The notes under the pieces were generated by a model. The model was given only the letters and a program-made list of their open reading frames with translations, was not told where the DNA came from and searched no databases. This document shows, piece by piece, positions 62,801-64,000 of a DNA stretch of 64,000 nucleotides (positions are counted from its first letter, which is position 1; the number at the start of each line of letters is the position of its first letter). The stretch covers positions 14,012,001 through 14,076,000 of the forward strand of contig OY740821.1 in NCBI GenBank assembly GCA_963514005.1. Reading direction: 5' to 3'. The stretch is from Raja brachyura (taxonomy: Eukaryota). A program made the translations under genes and the position numbers.

Positions 62801-63933
62801 TTTAGTGACTTTTACTTCCTGGTCTAAGGTTTGAAAATTCATCAATTTAAATGGCTGTTCAGCCAGTTTGAAACATTTCCATTGCAGGACAATATAGATA
62901 CTTTACAAATGGCATCTGATTGTAAATCATAAGAGTAAAGGAGAAATTCATGCCATTTAATCTTTGTGGGTGGGATTTTATAAAATCAGCAGTCAGCGCT
63001 ATCCTTTGGACATCAAATGGAAATTTTAAGCATCTTTTAAGCCCAATGTTAAGAGCAACAGGCCAGAGGCCACAATAAGCAGTACTACTGTAGCACACTC
63101 AACAAACATTCAGGAATGGGAGCTAGTCTTATGGTGTCACTTACATTTACGCTGTGGACACGGTCGAGACACATGCAAGTTGAACAGCTCTCGTACTTAA
63201 AGCATCCTTCATAACCCAAAATTGCCAAAATGTTTCTTAGCCATTGAAGCAAATGGCAAAATATATAATAAAAACAGGTTTATACAACAGCTTAGATGCA
63301 GATGGCAGAAGTATGGGCGGCACAGTGGCACAACAGTAGAGACCCAGGTTCGATCCTGACTATGGATGCTGGTTTGTGCGGAGTTTGTACATTCTTCCTG
63401 TGACCGTGTATGTTTCCTCCGGGTGCTCCGGTTTCCTCCCACATTCCAAAGACATGCAGGTTTGTAGGTTGAAGGGTCTCGACCCGAAACGTCGCCTATC
63501 TCCTTCGCTCCTTAGATGCTGCTGCACCCGCTGAGTTTCTCCAGCTTTTTGTGTAACCCCAGGTTTGTAGGTTAATTGGCTTCTGTAAATTACCCCTAGC
63601 GTGTAGGTAGGATGTGAAGGTGTGATAAGATAGAACTAGTAGACATGTGATCGCCGGTCGGCATGGATTTGATGGGCCGAAGGGCCTGTTTCCATCCCGT
63701 CTCTCTAAACCTATATTGATATACCAATGGAATATTCTGATCCACAATAAGTGATCCGGCTATTACTTATTGACAGGTTTGACATGCGATTAGGAAACAT
63801 TTCAAACATGTTCATCAGAAAGTTGTAAAACTAATGCATGCACAAATATACCTTCTAGCTCTTCTTTTTCATAGTGAATGTTGAGAACTGAACTCGTTCC
63901 ACCTTGGTCAACCACAGCCTCTTCATCGTGCCT
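2863..63933 (-). CDS. SLC4A8: Sodium-driven chloride/bicarbonate exchanger (NDCBE), multi-exon gene, 5'-incomplete (exon 1 outside window)
   Basis: 24 exons with canonical GT-AG boundaries and compatible phases join to 3258 nt (1085 aa + stop). Peptides [46 protein letters not shown] and [12 protein letters not shown] match recalled SLC4A8 better than SLC4A7 or SLC4A10. Confidence 0.92.
3808..4113 (+). mobile_element. Non-autonomous RTE-clade retroelement (5' UTR-like part joined to 3' end)
   Basis: Begins with RTE-like CCTTGTCGTAGTCGGGGAGCTTGTGT...GAGAGCTATGCC and ends GCTGCCCTACATGCCAGG...(TAAG)3. Flanking direct repeat GAGGTATCATT / GAAGTATCATT at 3797-3807 and 4114-4124. Confidence 0.6.
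4479..4592 (-). CDS. SLC4A8: SLC4A8 exon 24 ([37 protein letters not shown])
   Basis: tatag|G ... AAAAG|gtaaat; 114 nt, phase 2-2. Confidence 0.92.
4625..5430 (-). mobile_element. Old degenerate L2-like LINE fragment
   Basis: Purine-rich antisense signature (AGGAGATATTAGG, GGATTTGAAAACAAGGAT, AGAATTACATGTCATCATGTACA) typical of L2 3'/RT regions; no intact ORF. Confidence 0.5.
7719..7816 (-). CDS. SLC4A8: SLC4A8 exon 23 ([33 protein letters not shown])
   Basis: caacag|GAA ... TATAG|gtaatc; 98 nt; resembles recalled human EAEKMLE...PLESRKLLSSPGK. Confidence 0.9.
8413..8653 (+). mobile_element. CR1 LINE 3' end (5'-truncated)
   Basis: Encodes [33 protein letters not shown]; near-identical to the 3' end of the 25992-28803 element; TTCTATGTTTCTAT tail. 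Confidence 0.9.
8752..8850 (+). mobile_element. Penelope-like terminal-repeat remnant
   Basis: CAGTCAGAAGAAGGGTTTCGACCCAAAACCTCACCTATCC...GCTGAGTTACTCCAGCACTTTG. Confidence 0.65.
8983..9034. repeat. (TA)n/(TATC)n microsatellite
   Basis: Directly visible. Confidence 0.9.
9644..9778 (-). CDS. SLC4A8: SLC4A8 exon 22 ([45 protein letters not shown])
   Basis: tgcag|GTA ... GGG|gtaaga; 135 nt. Confidence 0.93.
10465..10750 (+). mobile_element. Degenerate CR1-like LINE fragment (same family as 58600-58890)
   Basis: CCCACCATCAGCAT...AAACTCTCAACTGGACCAG...CTTGATTGGCA; resembles the 58600-58890 fragment. Confidence 0.4.
11419..11962 (-). mobile_element. Rex1/Babar-like LINE 3' fragment
   Basis: ESILSG..WFG...[14 protein letters not shown]...IIKD..HP.H...LPSGKRYRS; tail GACAATAATAAA followed by (CTAAA)n. 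Confidence 0.85.
12055..12560 (-). mobile_element. Deu-SINE (SacSINE1/AmnSINE1-related), interrupted by a Penelope-end fragment at about 12303-12382
   Basis: Minus strand reads GGCACTATTTTGAAGAAGAACAGGGG...GCGCAAATTGG...CTTCAAAAATACT...AAAGCGCCATGCAAATGCAAGT, matching the recalled Deu-domain and 3' tail. Confidence 0.65.
13528..13701 (-). CDS. SLC4A8: SLC4A8 exon 21 ([30 protein letters not shown]...AAIVFPMM)
   Basis: ttccag|TTC ... ATG|gtaaaa; 174 nt. Confidence 0.95.
14648..14716 (-). CDS. SLC4A8: SLC4A8 exon 20 ([23 protein letters not shown])
   Basis: tttcag|TTC ... CAG|gtgaga; 69 nt. Confidence 0.95.
16066..16753 (+). mobile_element. 5'-truncated CR1 LINE with a 122-bp inverted duplication at its 5' end
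   Basis: [22 protein letters not shown]...[13 protein letters not shown]... with TTCTATGTTTCTAT tail; 16066-16187 is the reverse complement of 16201-16322. Confidence 0.92.
18138..19052 (+). mobile_element. Rex1/Babar-like LINE, RT C-terminal part and 3' UTR
   Basis: ORF 18209-18829: [23 protein letters not shown]...FRFLGIHI...QRLHFLR...SIESILTY...LPSGRRYRS...SFYP. A GTGTG duplication causes a frameshift near 18210; ends GACAATAAAG. Confidence 0.9.
19355..19606 (-). CDS. SLC4A8: SLC4A8 exon 19 ([10 protein letters not shown]...[12 protein letters not shown]...[24 protein letters not shown])
   Basis: catag|AAA ... AAG|gtgggt; 252 nt. Confidence 0.95.
20018..20179 (-). CDS. SLC4A8: SLC4A8 exon 18 ([19 protein letters not shown]...[19 protein letters not shown])
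   Basis: tgcag|CCA ... AAA|gtatga; 162 nt. Confidence 0.95.
21618..21731 (-). CDS. SLC4A8: SLC4A8 exon 17 ([38 protein letters not shown])
   Basis: ggcag|GTG ... AAG|gtaaca; 114 nt. Confidence 0.95.
22166..22327 (-). CDS. SLC4A8: SLC4A8 exon 16 ([28 protein letters not shown]...[10 protein letters not shown])
   Basis: tttag|GAC ... AAG|gtatgt; 162 nt. Confidence 0.95.
23397..23502 (-). CDS. SLC4A8: SLC4A8 exon 15 ([35 protein letters not shown]), glycosylated extracellular loop 3
   Basis: tttag|C ... AGT|gtaagt; 106 nt; CxC motif and NRT/NIT/NLT sequons. Confidence 0.92.
23898..24050 (+). mobile_element. Older CR1 3' end fragment
   Basis: GGTTATGGGGAGAAGGCAG...TCAGCCATGATTGAATGG...GGGCCGAATGGCCTAATTCTGCTCC. 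Confidence 0.75.
25256..25501 (-). CDS. SLC4A8: SLC4A8 exon 14 ([16 protein letters not shown]...[24 protein letters not shown]...)
   Basis: tatag|G ... TACTT|gtaagc; 246 nt. Confidence 0.95.
25992..28803 (-). mobile_element. CR1 LINE, about 2.8 kb; ORF2 (APE endonuclease + RT) disrupted
   Basis: APE: NARSIRNK...DIVGITETW...[10 protein letters not shown]: YRPVSLTS...QHGF...[13 protein letters not shown]...[10 protein letters not shown]...KFADDTK. Stop at 26736, frameshift near 27596, internal deletion near 28365; (ATGTTTCT)n tail. Confidence 0.95.
29018..29151 (-). CDS. SLC4A8: SLC4A8 exon 13 ([45 protein letters not shown])
   Basis: ctccag|AGT ... TGCAA|gtaagt; 134 nt. Confidence 0.95.
29310..29672 (+). 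mobile_element. Degenerate CR1/HER1-type LINE 3' fragment
   Basis: Decayed ARPQ.EY...QRRFT...LP motifs followed by an HE1-like tail GGATGAAGGGACTGTCTCC. Confidence 0.55.
29864..30038 (-). CDS. SLC4A8: SLC4A8 exon 12 ([12 protein letters not shown]...[25 protein letters not shown]), TM1
   Basis: ttccag|G ... ATA|gtaaga; 175 nt. Confidence 0.95.
31339..31439 (-). CDS. SLC4A8: SLC4A8 exon 11 ([34 protein letters not shown])
   Basis: aatag|GAG ... GGAAG|gtttgt; 101 nt. Confidence 0.93.
31779..31925 (-). CDS. SLC4A8: SLC4A8 exon 10 ([49 protein letters not shown])
   Basis: tttcag|ATT ... CAG|gtacag; 147 nt. Confidence 0.95.
32947..33259 (+). mobile_element. HE1-type tRNA-derived V-SINE, full length
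   Basis: GGGCAGCACGGTG A-box region, GGTTCGATCC B-box, V-domain GTTTGCATGTTTCCCC...GTGGGTTTTCTCC...GGTTAATTGGC, tail GGGCCGAAG...(CTAAA)n. Confidence 0.85.
33347..33516 (+). mobile_element. CR1 3' end
   Basis: Near-identical to the 8413-8653 copy; TTCTATGTTTCTATGT tail. Confidence 0.9.
34280..34472 (+). mobile_element. Penelope-like 3' terminal remnant
   Basis: ATAATCAGTCTGAAAAAGGGTCCCAACC...GATGCTGC...TTACTCCAACACTTTG, preceded by a short inverted end AACTGCAGATGCTGG. Confidence 0.6.
34612..34795 (-). mobile_element. CR1 3' end, second subfamily with (CTATTGT)n tail
   Basis: AGACAAT repeats, then AGGTGCAGGAGTAGAGGCCATTCGGCC...TGGCTGATCATCC. Confidence 0.85.
35895..36975 (+). mobile_element. 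5'-truncated Penelope-like element: inverted terminal repeat, GIY-YIG endonuclease remnant, 3' terminal repeat
   Basis: 36200-36570 gives the decayed peptide [29 protein letters not shown]...HFNSPSHS...[22 protein letters not shown]. 35895-36150 is an inverted copy of the 36750-36975 end. A small CR1 tail is inserted at about 36690-36748. Confidence 0.8.
37200..37287 (-). CDS. SLC4A8: SLC4A8 exon 9 ([29 protein letters not shown])
   Basis: ttccag|G ... GAG|gtaagt; 88 nt. Confidence 0.95.
39190..39550 (+). mobile_element. Internally deleted HERO (R2-group)-like retroelement
   Basis: [13 protein letters not shown] followed by CTGATCAACC...GGGTGAGGGTGTCTGATGTTGAAAGACCCGAAACACCCAATGACCCCAGG...CATCACTGATGATGTG, which I recall as the HERO ORF end and 3' UTR. 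Confidence 0.5.
40068..40725. mobile_element. Nested repeats: Penelope terminal repeats interrupted by a GC-rich element with a Rex1-like tail (minus strand, about 40125-40575)
   Basis: CAACTGCAGATGCTGG...GCTGCA is broken at about 40124 by GTACTTTATTTGTCACATG and resumes at about 40580 with CAACGTTTTAGGTCGAGAC...CATCAG. Confidence 0.5.
41107..41264 (-). CDS. SLC4A8: SLC4A8 exon 8 ([22 protein letters not shown]...EVPIPTR)
   Basis: ggcag|GTT ... ACCAG|gtagct; 158 nt. Confidence 0.95.
41717..42016 (-). mobile_element. HE1-type SINE, full length
   Basis: Reverse complement of the 32947-33259 family (GGGTGGCACAGTGGC...CAGGTTCGATCCC...GGGCCGAAGGGCCTGTTTCC). Confidence 0.85.
42374..42462 (-). CDS. 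SLC4A8: SLC4A8 exon 7 ([30 protein letters not shown])
   Basis: tctttag|GT ... AAG|gtaaga; 89 nt; restores the phase between exons 6 and 8; resembles recalled human GQTVSPQS...KNGVN...SK. Not in the ORF track. Confidence 0.85.
42555..43105 (-). mobile_element. HER1-type CR1 LINE 3' fragment
   Basis: [30 protein letters not shown] with an HE1-like 3' tail. Confidence 0.75.
45135..45323 (-). CDS. SLC4A8: SLC4A8 exon 6 (MVLDHQE...[37 protein letters not shown])
   Basis: gttag|AT ... GCTG|gtaaga; 189 nt. Confidence 0.95.
45356..45615 (+). mobile_element. CR1 3' end, (CTATTGT)n subfamily, about 30 nt from the exon 6 acceptor
   Basis: [15 protein letters not shown]-like sequence; GGCCTACTCCTGCACCTATTGTCTATTGTCTATTG. 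Confidence 0.88.
48129..48289 (-). CDS. SLC4A8: SLC4A8 exon 5 ([34 protein letters not shown]...)
   Basis: gacag|G ... GCAA|gtatgt; 161 nt; conserved SLC4 ETARWLKFEE motif spans exons 4/5. Confidence 0.95.
48380..48832 (-). mobile_element. Penelope-like element 3' end (ORF end plus 3' terminal repeat)
   Basis: Minus strand encodes [16 protein letters not shown], then a pyrimidine-rich UTR and CAGTCTGAAGAAGGATCCCAACCCGAAACGCCACC...GATGCTGCCTGACCTGCTGAG. Confidence 0.8.
49304..49439 (-). CDS. SLC4A8: SLC4A8 exon 4 ([32 protein letters not shown]...WKETAR)
   Basis: tttag|AC ... GCCAG|gtgtgt; 136 nt. Confidence 0.95.
50636..50657. repeat. (GA)n microsatellite
   Basis: Directly visible. Confidence 0.85.
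51016..51097. repeat. (GATA)n/(TA)n/(TAAA)n compound microsatellite
   Basis: Directly visible. Confidence 0.9.
51147..51290 (-). CDS. SLC4A8: SLC4A8 exon 3 ([47 protein letters not shown])
   Basis: tgtag|GG ... TGTG|gtgagg; 144 nt, phase 1-1. Confidence 0.92.
53428..54905 (-). mobile_element. Rex1/Babar-like LINE, RT region and 3' end, frameshifted
   Basis: YRPVAL...[15 protein letters not shown]...GAPQGCVL...[10 protein letters not shown]...FKFLGVHI...QRLYSLRRL; (TTGAC)n tail. Confidence 0.9.
55486..55743 (+). mobile_element. HE1-type SINE (internally shortened)
   Basis: GGGCACCATGGTGCAGCGGTAGAG...GGTTTGATCC...GTTTGCACGTTCTCC...CTGAAGGG...CTGTATCTC. Confidence 0.8.
56263..56390 (-). mobile_element. 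Penelope terminal-repeat insertion
   Basis: AAGAAGGAACTACAGATGCTGG...GCAACGTTTCGGGCCGAGACCCTTCTCCAGACC; flanked by the direct repeat TACAGTGAAGACTGT at about 56247-56261 and 56393-56407. Confidence 0.8.
57309..57628. mobile_element. PIF/Harbinger-type MITE, 320 bp
   Basis: 48-bp terminal inverted repeats (57309-57356 and 57581-57628, 2 mismatches) starting AAGCCCTGTCCCAC; TTA target-site duplication on both sides; internal palindrome TTTTCAACATGTTGAAAA. Confidence 0.9.
58600..58890 (+). mobile_element. Degenerate CR1-like LINE RT C-terminal fragment
   Basis: [13 protein letters not shown]...TNIPDITI...CTSHIITVA-like motifs. Confidence 0.5.
59547..60071. other. Assembly gap (525 N)
   Basis: Run of N. 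Confidence 1.
61800..61956 (+). mobile_element. Partial HE1-type SINE
   Basis: GGTAGAGTTGCTGC...CCAGGTTCAATCCCGACTAC...GAGTTTGTACGTTCTCC. Confidence 0.75.
62131..62166 (+). ncRNA. Minimal type I hammerhead ribozyme-like motif (degenerate copy)
   Basis: GGT-CTGAAGA-A-GGGTC TC GACCC-GAAA-TG-AT-ACC: core boxes, stem II and a 3-bp stem I are present, but the cleavage triplet is mutated relative to the family consensus CGTC. Confidence 0.45.
62131..62261 (+). mobile_element. Penelope terminal-repeat copy
   Basis: AGGTCTGAAGAAGGGTCTCGACCCGAAATG...GATGCTGCC...CCGCTGAGTTACTCCAGCATTTTG...CCAGCATCTGCAGTTCCTTCC. Confidence 0.8.
63315..63710 (+). mobile_element. HE1-type SINE with a nested 89-bp Penelope-end insertion (63471-63559)
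   Basis: GGGCGGCACAGTGGC...GGTTCGATCC...GGGCCGAAGGGCCTGTTTCC; insert flanked by a 14-bp direct repeat CAGGTTTGTAGGTT. Confidence 0.85.
63852..63933 (-). CDS. SLC4A8: SLC4A8 exon 2 ([28 protein letters not shown])
   Basis: Acceptor ttccagcag|AGG, donor AAG|gtatat; 82 nt, or 85 nt if the upstream AG of the NAGNAG is used. Confidence 0.9.
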
Positions 63934-64000
63934 CTGCTGGAAATAGAAATCATTGCATAAGTCTCAACGTTACAGATAGCGTTGTGTGTACCACTTGATG

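Noticed and set aside
2863-63933. Assignment to SLC4A7 or SLC4A10
   Set aside because: Exon 3, 6, 8, 23 and 24 peptides fit recalled SLC4A8 best, and there is no intact cassette II or ETSL/ETCL terminus.
1-64000. Dispersed conserved short repeats as a CRISPR-like array or prokaryotic system
   Set aside because: The repeats are scattered in both orientations with no regular spacers, and the context is a spliced vertebrate gene.

Overview
AT-rich vertebrate genomic DNA, most likely from a cartilaginous fish (skate/ray-like), judged from HE1-type SINEs, CR1 LINEs with (ATGTTTCT)n tails and a SacSINE1-like element. Nearly the whole window is one minus-strand gene, SLC4A8 (Na+-driven Cl-/HCO3- exchanger, NDCBE). 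I traced 24 GT-AG-bounded coding exons from 63933 down to a stop at 2863; joined, they give an uninterrupted frame of about 1085 codons. The first coding exon lies beyond the right edge, and a last non-coding exon starts at 2184. Exon numbers follow my recollection of the human gene. Introns hold CR1, Rex1/Babar, L2, Penelope, RTE- and HERO-like retroelements, HE1 and Deu-SINEs, a PIF/Harbinger MITE and a 525-nt assembly gap. Best leads: (1) a high-copy Penelope terminal repeat whose consensus is a minimal hammerhead ribozyme; (2) a CR1 insertion with a 122-bp fold-back hairpin; (3) apparent decayed exons resembling SLC4A10's PDZ-ligand exon (3' UTR) and SLC4A7 cassette II (intron 6); (4) an in-frame candidate alternative exon in intron 3. 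All family and homology calls rest on recalled sequences, not database searches.
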